The translations under genes and the position numbers were made by a program. 64,000 nt of DNA from a virus (lineage: Duplodnaviria > Caudoviricetes), in the IMG/VR virus record IMGVR_UViG_3300010163_003659, positions 31,901-95,900 of that record; one strand, written 5' to 3'. Below the pieces are notes generated by a model. The model saw only the letters and a list, made by a program, of their open reading frames with translations, had not been told where the DNA came from and did not search any database. Shown piece after piece: positions 9,821-19,239 of the stretch. How positions within the stretch are numbered: position 1 is the first letter of the stretch; the number at the start of each line of letters is the position of its first letter.

Positions 9821-10651
9821 ATGCCGAGGGCGCCGAGCGAAAAAATGATTGAAGCTGAAAAGCTGTTTAATGATGGAATGGCAATGGTGGAAATCGCAAA
9901 GAAACTGGGAGTTTCTGATGGTACTGTCCGTAGCTGGAAGAACAGATACGGATGGGCTGACAAGTCAAAAAAAAACAAACGCAACGTTGCAAAAAAAGAC
10001 GGTAAGAAAACTGCAACGTTGCAAAAGAAAAAGAAGGGCGGGCAGCTGGGAAATCAAAATTCTAAGGGAGCATCTAAAGGCAAGGGTAACCCAAAGCCAG
10101 TACCGCCACCCGATAGAACAAAACATGGTGGATATGTTCCTGTGTTCATGGATGCCCTCGATGAAGATGAGCAGGAACTCGTTGCAACGATTCCAGAAGA
10201 TACAGAACGGCAGCTCATGGAGCAAATACAGCTTTTTTCCATTCGGGAGCGCAGAATATTAAAAGCAATCAATAAATACCGGGAGCAAAAGGGAGACGTT
10301 GCGGTTGCTGATGTTACCAGATTTGAGGATAAGAGAATCTTCAAGGATAAGGAGGAAGAGGCAGAATACAATAGGCGCCAGAAGAAAAAAGTTGATAATG
10401 AAGAGATTCTTCCGGGTAAGTCCTACAGCATACAGACGCATACATCAAATAAGGATATGATAATAGCGAGGCTGGAACAGGAGCTTTCGACTGTTCAAAG
10501 CAAAAAGACAAAGGCTATTGAAGCATTGTCGAAATATCGCTTAGAAAAAGCAAAGTTGGAAAGTGAAAGTGCTGGAAATGATGCTGTTGACGATTGGATT
10601 GCAGCGGTTCTTGAGGAAGATGAGGGAGAGGATGTGAGTGGTGATGAATAA
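9821..10651 (+). CDS. terS: Terminase small subunit (N-terminal HTH)
   Basis: EIAKKLGVSDGTVRSWKNR HTH, GGQLGNQN, KHGGY; directly upstream of terL. Confidence 0.85.
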   Translation: MPRAPSEKMIEAEKLFNDGMAMVEIAKKLGVSDGTVRSWKNRYGWADKSKKNKRNVAKKDGKKTATLQKKKKGGQLGNQNSKGASKGKGNPKPVPPPDRTKHGGYVPVFMDALDEDEQELVATIPEDTERQLMEQIQLFSIRERRILKAINKYREQKGDVAVADVTRFEDKRIFKDKEEEAEYNRRQKKKVDNEEILPGKSYSIQTHTSNKDMIIARLEQELSTVQSKKTKAIEALSKYRLEKAKLESESAGNDAVDDWIAAVLEEDEGEDVSGDE

Positions 10652-11017
10652 GAACTCACGAGCGTTAAGGAAACGGTTCTTCCAGAAGAGAATTCCGGTA
10701 TATAGGAAAAATCCTGTCATATTCGCAAGGGAGGTATTGTTATTTGAGCCGGATGAATGGCAAATGGCGGCATTGATGGACTTGGCAGAGAATCCGAAAG
10801 TTGCGATTAAATCTGGGCAAGGTGTTGGAAAAACAGGTTTAGAAGCTGTGGCACTGCTGTGGTTTTTATGCTGCCACCCATATCCGAGGATTGTAGCGAC
10901 TGCACCAACCAAACAGCAGCTACACGATGTGTTGTGGTCCGAAGTCAGCAAATGGATGAGCAAGTCTCCTTTGCTCTCAGAAATCCTCAAGTGGACTAAG
11001 ACATATATCTACATGGT
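10644..11017 (+). CDS. terL: Terminase large subunit, 5' fragment (interrupted by integrated element)
   Basis: Walker A SGQGVGKT, ATAPTKQQL; terminase-like sequence ends at KTYIYMVG, which is the att site. Confidence 0.92.
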
Positions 11018-11020
11018 TGG
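11000..11020 (+). repeat. attL GACATATATCTACATGGTTGG (core TCTACATGGT)
   Basis: 19/21 identical to 31440-31460. Confidence 0.92.
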
Positions 11021-11100
11021 TGCGTCATTATTTAACTTTTCGTATCATCTGATATATGGCGGTATTGTTAAAGGGTGTATTTATATCAAATTATATTTTA

Positions 11101-11159
11101 TGGTGTCAATTAGTTTGTAATATGGTGTCAGAATTGGTGTACAGAAAAAAGTGGTGTCA
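11101..11159 (+). repeat. TGGTGTCA repeats (putative integrase arm-type sites)
   Basis: Copies at 11101, 11123, 11135 (partial), 11152; same motif at 31353 and 31365 near attR. Confidence 0.65.
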
Positions 11160-11380
11160 TATTGAAAAAAAGTGCTTGACAAGGGTTTTGATGAAATTTG
11201 TTACTCTGTACTTTTATTTCCATTCATTTTGAAATATGGGGTGTTTTATCTATCACCTGCTATTATGTGTTCTTAAGAGGCTGAAAGAGCGCGATTTGCT
11301 ATAATATTTATATCACTTTACATGGCTTGCCACAGTAAAAGGAAAATTAAAAAGACAAAAAAGAATAGGAGGTTTTTAAA

Positions 11381-11590
11381 ATGGTTGCAAGGGAAAAGGC
11401 TGATACAATGGTAACTTTGTCGGACAAGCGGCTGCTGAGTATAGACGAGTTTGGTATTTATGCCAGCATCGGAATATGTAAGGCAAGAGAAATAGCGGAG
11501 GAAACAGGCTCTTTGCTCAAGGTGGGGAAAAGAGTGCTTGTTGACCGGGTAAAGTTTGACCGGTGGTGTGATGAACACAGTGGAGTATGA
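11381..11590 (+). CDS. Excisionase-like small DNA-binding protein
   Basis: LLSIDEF..Y.SIG..KAR..KVGKRVLVDRVKFDRW pattern; AGGAGG RBS. Confidence 0.7.
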   Translation: MVAREKADTMVTLSDKRLLSIDEFGIYASIGICKAREIAEETGSLLKVGKRVLVDRVKFDRWCDEHSGV

Positions 11591-11620
11591 TACTTGGAGG
11601 AAAGGGGTAAATAAATCAGC

Positions 11621-12034
11621 ATGGGAAGGAAGAAAAAATATTCTCCTAAACCATTTGAAAGTGCTGGTGGAGCAAACGATACTAGCGCCAACATATATGA
11701 AAGTATGTTGACTTCTGCTGCCTTTCAGGATTTAACCAAGAATCAGAGGCTATTGTACATATACATGAAAGCCCAGTTTTACGGTAAAAGGAAGCCAGAG
11801 AAAGATTTTCCGGATGTGGAACAGCTGCAAGGAGATGAATTGTTTTATTTTAATCTTTCTTTGGCTGAAAAATATGGACTTTATACCCGGGCGAACCATA
11901 TGCAGTTTTATAATGACATTAAGATAATAGAACAGCATGGATTTATAAAGACTGTGAGCAATGGGCGTTCTACAAAATCTCGGACAATTTTTAAATTTGT
12001 AGGTGATTGGAAGCTTTGGAATGATACAAGTTAA
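11621..12034 (+). CDS. Putative winged-helix DNA-binding/replication protein
   Basis: S.AFQDLT...RLLYIYM; LEQHGFI-type wHTH end; followed by palindromic repeats. Confidence 0.55.
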   Translation: MGRKKKYSPKPFESAGGANDTSANIYESMLTSAAFQDLTKNQRLLYIYMKAQFYGKRKPEKDFPDVEQLQGDELFYFNLSLAEKYGLYTRANHMQFYNDIKIIEQHGFIKTVSNGRSTKSRTIFKFVGDWKLWNDTS

Positions 12035-12037
12035 AAT

Positions 12038-12180
12038 CCTAGGTGGATTTTTCCACCTAGGCAGGAGGTAAACTAGGTGGATTTTTCCACCTACCCAGAA
12101 GAAAATGGGAAAAAGGTAGGTGGAAATTTCCACCCAGTGTCTGAATATTTTGATACTTACCTAGGTGGAAATTTCCACCA
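12038..12180. repeat. Four palindromic TAGGTGGAWWTTTCCACC units (iteron/operator-like)
   Basis: Copies at 12038 (perfect 10-bp arms), 12073, 12117, 12161. Confidence 0.85.
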
Positions 12181-12324
12181 CTTTATATAAAGTTTACCAT
12201 ATACTTATAAATTTATTGGAAATTAGAAATGGCTGATATGGGCATGCGGATATTGCTTTCAAACAGGAATAGGGATTTGTTATAGAAAGGAAATGAAATT
12301 GGATATCTGTCCGTTGTTTGCTGT

Positions 12325-12404
12325 GACATTTGTACGACGTTTGTTATGACATTTGTCCGGACATTTGTACATCATTTGTTGTGACATTTGTCCAGACAAA
12401 TGTC
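12325..12404. repeat. GACATTTGT tandem repeats, 11-12 bp period, last copy inverted
   Basis: Copies at 12325, 12336, 12348, 12360, 12371, 12383; inverted at 12395. Confidence 0.8.
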
Positions 12405-12919
12405 CTGTCTGCCATTATTGCTGATATGGGAATGTGTGTGGTTTTTCTTCTGATTCCTGATAATAGGATATCTGTAAAGCCTTTATTTTCAAGGTTCAGG
12501 GCATGGTATACCACTGGTAGTTATTTGGTTGCCACAGGTTAGGATAGAGTTAGGTTTGCACAGACCTCTAAATACATGGTGCAAAAAATGACTATTCCAT
12601 TGTGCAAAAATGTCCAATGGAAAGTACCAGAGAAACCAATGGATTGTGTAATAATGTCCAACCAATACCAAATAATAAACCATAGCGAACAGATGTCCGA
12701 TGTATAACTGAATACGGGCATAGGATAGCTCTAAGCCTGAGTAATGTAGCAGCAGGAAAATACTACAGACATGGGTATGCAGACAATAATACCGCTACAG
12801 ATAATGGGCTATTTGCCCAAAGCATAATAAAAGCCTGACTGCTGGGACAGAAAGGCTTTTAAAAGGCAAGTGTGGCATTTGCCATATTGGTAAATCTATT
12901 ATAAGGGAGATGCCGTCAT

Positions 12920-13774
12920 ATGTCGAATGAAAAGATTGTTGAGCAGATACAGCAGGGCATTAATGTGACAGCCAATCAGGAAAAGCTCTGGGAGCAAAAT
13001 AAGGGTTTTGTGGTACAGTGTATCAGAAAGTATGTAGGCGGGTGTGATGGGCAGGATTTTAAGGATTTCCTACAGGAAGGTTTTATAGGCTTGATAGATG
13101 CAGCCCGCCTATTTGATGCCGGGCATGGGGTGAAATTTTTGACTTATGCAGAGTACAGTATACGGAGAGCCGTATACCGTTATAATGGCATGAATACCTA
13201 TATGGTGTGTGTCCCGGAGTATCTTAAGGCGAGAATGAGGAAGTTGGCCGCATTCAGGCAGAAATATCGGGAAGAACACCACAGGAACCCGGAACCGGAA
13301 GAAATACTGAACGCTTTACACATTTCTTACCGTTCCCTCTGCCATCTGGAGAAAACCATAATGAACATAAGCACCAGGAGTCTTGATGAGTACATATCGG
13401 AGGATGGGAATACCAAACTGGCCGACCTGCTCTCAACAGATGAAAAGATTGACGAGCTGGCCGGAGGAAGTGAGTACCAAAGGGAGCTGCATGAGGAACT
13501 GGAAGCGGCACTTTCCATTTTGGATAATAAAACTGCCATGATGATACGGTGTGCATATTACCAGGGGAACAATTACACCAAGACCGCTGAAATATTTGGG
13601 TGCAGCAGGCAGGCGGTTGATGAACGCATAAAGAAAGGCTTTTATAAGATACTCCATTCAAGGCATAGGAAAAGGCTGGAAAGCTTCATGTGGGAGGGAT
13701 ACCATGTAGATTCCCGGCGCCTGAAGGACTATGTGGAGGAAATTGACAATATAAGCAGTGATTTTTTGTTATAA
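12920..13774 (+). CDS. Sigma-70 family RNA polymerase sigma factor
   Basis: Region 2 DFLQEGFIGLIDAARLFD..KFLTYAEYSIR; region 3 SLDEYI; region 4 HTH. Confidence 0.85.
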   Translation: MSNEKIVEQIQQGINVTANQEKLWEQNKGFVVQCIRKYVGGCDGQDFKDFLQEGFIGLIDAARLFDAGHGVKFLTYAEYSIRRAVYRYNGMNTYMVCVPEYLKARMRKLAAFRQKYREEHHRNPEPEEILNALHISYRSLCHLEKTIMNISTRSLDEYISEDGNTKLADLLSTDEKIDELAGGSEYQRELHEELEAALSILDNKTAMMIRCAYYQGNNYTKTAEIFGCSRQAVDERIKKGFYKILHSRHRKRLESFMWEGYHVDSRRLKDYVEEIDNISSDFLL

Positions 13775-13779
13775 GGCAG

Positions 13780-14601
13780 GTGGATGGGCATATGCCATAT
13801 TTTTATGATTATTTTGCTAAGGAATACAGGGACAGGCATAAGGAGGGGCTGTTTCCTGCCCCTGCTGCCATGTTCCGGGATATTAGGCAGGATGTGCAGG
13901 GATGCAGGCGGGTCTTAAAAAGTGCTTTTACCGGCTATCGTGAGGGCAGGAATACAGAAGTATTGAAAATGTTGTTTATGGAATACCGGGAATATATTGC
14001 AGGGCTGAATGATATGCAGGCAAAAGACAGATGTAATGCTTTTGCTTACCAGTATATGGTAGAGACATATGCTGGCAGCAGGGCGATAGCCACAAAGCTG
14101 GGGGTTGTGAAGGATACTGTATGGAATTACATCAACAGATGCATTGATGAAATGCTGATACTCTGCATGGGAATACCGGCAGCAGTTGAAGGTCCTGAAG
14201 GCAAAGAAAAGATTGTCCGGATGCTGGCAGGGGGTTGCAGGCTTCTACGGAATATGGCAGGGGAATATGTCCTGCTGCTCTTCCCGGGCAGGAGGCAGAA
14301 CCGGGCAGTAGAATGGGGCAGAGAGATAACAGGAGATGTTCTGCAGCAATTTGCGGGGGCTGTGGAGGCATACCTAGACTATTGCAGGGATGGACACACC
14401 CGCATTGATACTGACATCCGGAAGGCGTGGGTTCTGGAAAGGTGCATTGACGGAATTAGCCCTGCTGCCATTGCTGAAGAATATGGATGTTGTGAAAGCA
14501 CAATCTATGCAGATATTCGGGAGAATGATAGACGGCTTGCGGCCATGCTGTTTGATATGGAAAGAGATACTGCAAGCAACGGAAAAGTAAGGATAAATTG
14601 A
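13780..14601 (+). CDS. Protein with two sigma-region-4-like HTH motifs
   Basis: IATKLGVVKDTVWNYI and IAEEYGCCESTIYADI. Confidence 0.55.
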   Translation: MDGHMPYFYDYFAKEYRDRHKEGLFPAPAAMFRDIRQDVQGCRRVLKSAFTGYREGRNTEVLKMLFMEYREYIAGLNDMQAKDRCNAFAYQYMVETYAGSRAIATKLGVVKDTVWNYINRCIDEMLILCMGIPAAVEGPEGKEKIVRMLAGGCRLLRNMAGEYVLLLFPGRRQNRAVEWGREITGDVLQQFAGAVEAYLDYCRDGHTRIDTDIRKAWVLERCIDGISPAAIAEEYGCCESTIYADIRENDRRLAAMLFDMERDTASNGKVRIN

Positions 14602-14815
14602 TGCCAGAGAAGAATAGGGGAATAGATTTTTACTCAAAAATGAGTAAAGCAGACAGCAGTGGGAAAACGTCAACGGATTATGACATTTCTTTGGACATGT
14701 CAAAGCAGATTTGTATGATACAGAGGATGTCGGAGGGGAAACAGTGTCGGCAGTACCTTATCGACTTGGAGAAGGCATGAAATACACTGGAGCAGGTTAT
14801 GGCAAGGGAAGGGGA
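14598..14815 (+). pseudogene. AntA/AntB antirepressor remnant
   Basis: DMSKQICMIQR..GKQCRQYLIDLEKA*NTLEQVMAR: TGA where the family has Trp. Confidence 0.7.
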
Positions 14816-14824
14816 ATCTAAAGT

Positions 14825-15580
14825 ATGGAACAGTTGATCATGATTGAAAACGAGATGGTACCAGTATATACTACCAGCACAGGTGAGAAGGTAGTATATG
14901 GAACAGAGCTTCATCGAGTTTTAGAGGTAAAAAGCAATTATCGGGAATGGGCAAGCAGACGTTTTTTGGATATTGGAGCGGTGCAGCAGGAAGACTTCGA
15001 AAGCGTCGAAATTCCGACACTGGCAGGCGGCACTCCGAGGAAAGAGCATATTATCCGGTTGGATACCGCCAAAGAAATGGCTATGCTGGAGAGGAATGAG
15101 AAAGGAAAGCAGATCAGACGGTATTTTATTCAAGTTGAAAAGAAATATAGGGGCAGCAGTTCTGGGATGATTCCGAAAGGCAGGCAGCTGATGGCATTGG
15201 CGGTGATGGAGGCACAGAAGATTATTGCGGAACAGGAGCAGGTCATCTGTAGAATGAAGCCTAAGGAAGTTTTTGCTGATGCGGTGTCTGCATCCGACAG
15301 CTCCATCCTAATTGGGGAACTCGCCAAGATACTCCGGCAGAATGGGATTGCCACCGGGGAAAAGAGGTTATTTAGCTGGATGCGGCAGCAGGGCTATTTG
15401 ATACGCAGGAAAGGCATAGATTATAATATGCCGACGCAACGGAGCATGGAGATGGAACTCTTTGAGATAAGGGAGCGGACTATCAACAATCCGGGCGGGA
15501 GTATCCGGATAACAAAGACTGTGCTTGTGACAGGCAAAGGGCAGCAGTATTTCATTAATAAATTTTTGGATGAGGATTAG
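14825..15580 (+). CDS. Phage antirepressor (AntA/AntB + KilAC)
   Basis: ELHRVLEVKS..LDTAKEMAMLERNEKGKQIRRYFI; KPKEVFADAV..VTGKGQQYFINKF. Confidence 0.9.
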   Translation: MEQLIMIENEMVPVYTTSTGEKVVYGTELHRVLEVKSNYREWASRRFLDIGAVQQEDFESVEIPTLAGGTPRKEHIIRLDTAKEMAMLERNEKGKQIRRYFIQVEKKYRGSSSGMIPKGRQLMALAVMEAQKIIAEQEQVICRMKPKEVFADAVSASDSSILIGELAKILRQNGIATGEKRLFSWMRQQGYLIRRKGIDYNMPTQRSMEMELFEIRERTINNPGGSIRITKTVLVTGKGQQYFINKFLDED

Positions 15581-15625
15581 TATACAGTTATTTCTTATAT
15601 GCAGCAAATAAAGTTCTCAATATGG

Positions 15626-15654
15626 TTGACAAAAAAGCTGACAAATTGTAAAAT
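15626..15654 (+). promoter_or_regulatory. Sigma-A promoter TTGACA-N17-TAAAAT
   Basis: Near-consensus, upstream of 15685. Confidence 0.7.
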
Positions 15655-15684
15655 TAGCTCATATCTAAAAATGATTGGAGGAAA

Positions 15685-16320
15685 ATGATGGGAGCATTTG
15701 GTAAAGATTTGTTAACCCAACACGAGATGATAACCTTGGCATCAATTGTACAGGTTGGAGATGCTACTTACTTTGATTTGCTAGAGGCAGAAAGACCGAT
15801 GTTTGCGCATCCGTATTTCACTGATTTGAAGGGAAGAGTACGGACGAAACTTGTACAGATGCAGTGTGAGATGGAGCACTATGACGGCAAGTTCCCATTT
15901 GCGTTTTCTGAACGGGAATTTTGCTATGGGCATAAAGTGCCAGAATTAAGGAATAAGTATATGATAATCCATTTTGCACAAAGTAATTCGCCGACTTCCC
16001 TTCCAAGCAAGGCTGATTACAAATGTGAATTGACATTTAACAATGATTCGTTGTACCGTCAAATGAGATTTGACTTTTTAGGAGAACAAAAATATGTTAA
16101 AGAGCCATATTATGGCATTTTGGTTTTCGGAGGCCGGCAGGGAAAGACATTTTGCCGTTTACAGTTTCCGGAGCCGGGATACAGGGCTATTGCAGATTAC
16201 ATTGATATACCTATGATGAGTTTGGTGCCTGAAAAGGAGGAAACAAAGAAATTTGAAAGGAAAAAGGCGATACTGAGGGAGGAATTTCTAGCTCATAATG
16301 TCAGGGAAGAAGTATTATGA
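15685..16320 (+). CDS. Hypothetical protein, candidate toxin partner of downstream HTH-peptidase
   Basis: ATGA overlap with next gene; no motif recognised. Confidence 0.6.
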   Translation: MMGAFGKDLLTQHEMITLASIVQVGDATYFDLLEAERPMFAHPYFTDLKGRVRTKLVQMQCEMEHYDGKFPFAFSEREFCYGHKVPELRNKYMIIHFAQSNSPTSLPSKADYKCELTFNNDSLYRQMRFDFLGEQKYVKEPYYGILVFGGRQGKTFCRLQFPEPGYRAIADYIDIPMMSLVPEKEETKKFERKKAILREEFLAHNVREEVL

Positions 16321-17474
16321 AAAATAGTGTCATTCCAAGCCGCATAACAGAGGCACGTGAGGCTTGTGCATTGTCAATGGGGGATTTGGCAGAAAGAATA
16401 GGGGTTACGAGGCAGTCTGTTTCAAAATATGAAAGAGGAATTATGAGCCCTTCACTTGATGTCTTACAGTCAATTTCAGTTTTATTGCATTTCCCGGTTG
16501 ATTTTTTTTATAAAGAAGAGCTGGGAATAAGCACAGGAACAAGCCCGTTATTTTTTCGTTCTAAATCCAATATTTCCAAAAAAGTAAAGATGGCATGTAA
16601 GCACCAGGTAAAATGGGTTTGTGAGATAAGAAAACAGTTGGAAAGATATGTTAAATTTGTTGACCAGAACACTCTTGTAGTTGATGTGGATTATGAGAAT
16701 CTGCAGGATAGTGACATTGAAGAAATAGCTCTGTCGGTAAGACATGAGTGGGAACTTGGTGATGCTCCTATAGATGATTTGATAGGTATTTTAGAGAATC
16801 AGGGGATAATTGTAGCCCAATTTTCGGGAAATGATTTCTGCTCCTTTAATGGAATTGATGCGTATTCCTCATGGTATGGCGGAATACCTTATATAATTTA
16901 CAATTCAATGCAGAAAAGTGCTGTCCGTACAAGGTTTAGTATTCTTCATGAGTTGGGGCATTTAATTTTTCACAGTTCTGTTTCAGAAGAAGATGCAGTA
17001 AAAAAAGAAGTTGTTGATTTTGCAGATATGCAGGCAGACAGATTTGCAGCAGCTTTTCTTTTGCCGTCCACCTCTTTCCCGAAAGATGTAAGGGGAACCT
17101 CTTTGGCTTATTTAGAGATAATCAAAAAGAAATGGGGAGCTGCAATGTCTACCATAATCAGGCGTTGCGAGACATTAGACCTTTTGACGGATAATCAAAT
17201 CGGGTATTTGAAAAGGCAAATGACAACAAACAAGTATTGGCATAAGGAGCCCCTGGATGATGTGCTGCAGATTGAGCCGCCGGAGATGTTACGTGATGCG
17301 GTTTATCTGTTGATAGATAACAATATAATCACAAAACATACTTTTTTGGACTTATGTGCTTTGCCACCAAAGGATTTACAGTGCATATGCTCATTGCCGG
17401 ATGGCTTTTTTGGCAGTCCCCTGCAGAAGCAAAAACCTGTTTTAAGAGTGGTGAGGGAGGGGGAAGATTTTTGA
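16317..17474 (+). CDS. XRE HTH + ImmA/IrrE (peptidase M78) protein
   Basis: N-terminal XRE HTH; RTRFSILHELGH; ADRFAAAFLLP. Confidence 0.9.
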   Translation: MKNSVIPSRITEAREACALSMGDLAERIGVTRQSVSKYERGIMSPSLDVLQSISVLLHFPVDFFYKEELGISTGTSPLFFRSKSNISKKVKMACKHQVKWVCEIRKQLERYVKFVDQNTLVVDVDYENLQDSDIEEIALSVRHEWELGDAPIDDLIGILENQGIIVAQFSGNDFCSFNGIDAYSSWYGGIPYIIYNSMQKSAVRTRFSILHELGHLIFHSSVSEEDAVKKEVVDFADMQADRFAAAFLLPSTSFPKDVRGTSLAYLEIIKKKWGAAMSTIIRRCETLDLLTDNQIGYLKRQMTTNKYWHKEPLDDVLQIEPPEMLRDAVYLLIDNNIITKHTFLDLCALPPKDLQCICSLPDGFFGSPLQKQKPVLRVVREGEDF

Positions 17475-18479
17475 GATGTAATTTGTTTGGAAGTTGCAAT
17501 AAAGGCAAACGGCATAGAAATTAAAGTTATAGGGAATAATATATTGATTAATAGAGGCAGCACTTTCAATGTGAAGCCGGGCACTGCAAGTGTCTGGCTT
17601 TTTTGCGTACAGGGGGGGTGTCTGCAAGGGAAAGCCTACAGGGCAGACAGCGTTTTTTGTGTGTGAGGAAAGCGAACGTTCGCTTAATTACAAAACAATG
17701 GCACATGGCGGTAAGGATACTGTAAACCTGCTGTTTATGGTATCCCGCCCATATTGCTGTGCCTTTTTAAAAAGCGAACGTTCGGTTTGCCCCATACAGA
17801 AAAACGGGCGGGGATTTACCGCAGCGTTGCATTTTCCGCAGAAGGAAAACGAATCACAGGTGGAGCGGTTTGCCAGTGCAAGAAGGTGGCGCAGGTGGAA
17901 CGGCCGAAAGCTCCCCACGGAAGCAAAAACAAATGATTGCAACGTTGCAAAAGCCTGAGGGGAGTCTGTGGCACACGCAGAGGCTTCATTTTGCCGCTCT
18001 AATGGCCGGAATGATAAGAATTGCCCTTCAGCATTGCAAAGGGGCTGTATGGGCAAAATAGGCGGTGCGTGGGGTGGGGCTGCTGCCGTGCAATATTGTG
18101 GCAGGGGATAGGAGGGGCAACAGGAAGAATTTCATGGGGACAGGATGCACAGCGTCAAGGTGTGGGCGGGATAGGATACCATCTGCCCCATCATAGGCGA
18201 GGGGAGTGTATTGAAAGGGTTTGGGATAGCCTGGGGATGCCAGCGCTGCAGTGAAGGGATCCTGCTGCCGTCAGAGACATAACCAGAGACAGAGACATAG
18301 GCATAACCGTATGGCCTTCAGATTGCCCGAAATTCGGTTGAAATTATTTTAGACAATAATTTTATCGTTGAGAGAATAAAATGAGCATGGCGGCCAAAAT
18401 AGAAGGCGAACAGAACTATATCAAACTTGAAGCAGTTAGGACAACAGGTTCTGCTTATAGGAACATAGGAATTTTTTAG

Positions 18480-18508
18480 TTGCGTATGGGACTAACTAAT
18501 ACTATAAT
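18480..18508 (+). promoter_or_regulatory. Promoter TTGCGT-N17-TATAAT for TIR-NLR operon
   Basis: Exact 17-bp spacing; same hexamers precede second module. Confidence 0.7.
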
Positions 18509-18566
18509 AGTGGTAGATAACAAATGACAAGGGAGGACAAAAGATGGAAATACGGAGGTGGAATTT

Positions 18567-19220
18567 ATGGGACAAAGAGTTAAAAACGAACTAAATAATG
18601 TCTCGATTGGAGGCAGCTATATTGGCAGGAGTAGTATAGTTAATAATTATTATATTCATCAGGCAGAAACAGGAACAGAAGGGAGCAGGGATGACAAAAC
18701 AATATTCATTTCCTATAACTGGCATGATGGGAAGATTGCAGACAGGATTGACAGGCATCTGTCAGGGCTTCCAAGTGTAACTGTAAAAAGGGATGTGCGT
18801 GACATTGGCCCATGGAAAAGCATCCGAGAGTTTATGGAAGGCATCCGGCAGCAGGATTATGCGGTTTTCATTGTCAGCGATTCTTATCTGAAATCAAAAA
18901 ATTGTATGTTTGAGGTTACAGAAATGATGAAAGAACAGGAGTATGCGGACAGAATTTTCCCGGCCGTTGTGGAAACCGACATATATGATCCGTTGGTACG
19001 TGCCAGATACATAAGTTACTGGCAGCAGGAATGTGATAAGCTGGAGGCTGCTGTAAAGGGGCTGGATCCGGCCAATGCAGTTGAGCTGGCAGCAGATTTG
19101 AAATGTTATAAAAATATTGCATCTTCTGTAGGGGAGTTTTTAAGCATAGTTGCAGACAGGAACAATCCGGATATCCATGAGGTAGAGGTACAGATAGAGA
19201 AAGCATTACTGAAGAACTGA
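18567..19220 (+). CDS. TIR-domain protein with N-terminal N/G-rich motif
   Basis: IFISYNWHD, SDSYLKSKNCMFE (catalytic-type Glu), RIFPAV; GGAGGTG RBS before ATG 18567. Confidence 0.88.
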   Translation: MGQRVKNELNNVSIGGSYIGRSSIVNNYYIHQAETGTEGSRDDKTIFISYNWHDGKIADRIDRHLSGLPSVTVKRDVRDIGPWKSIREFMEGIRQQDYAVFIVSDSYLKSKNCMFEVTEMMKEQEYADRIFPAVVETDIYDPLVRARYISYWQQECDKLEAAVKGLDPANAVELAADLKCYKNIASSVGEFLSIVADRNNPDIHEVEVQIEKALLKN

Positions 19221-19239
19221 CTGATAAGGGGGAATTACT

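Noticed and set aside
11018-11120. C-terminal tail of the 160-aa ORF 10638-11120
   Set aside because: Read-through into element DNA past attL, not terminase sequence
12038-12180. Palindromic repeats as a mini-CRISPR
   Set aside because: Gaps are short and irregular (~11-26 bp) and there is no handle-like end
17590-18254. Several overlapping 60-120-aa ORFs
   Set aside because: No good RBS or recognisable protein; region better explained as cis-acting DNA
18567-19220. TIR gene as Thoeris ThsB
   Set aside because: No ThsA-like (SIR2/Macro-SLOG) partner; context is an NLR
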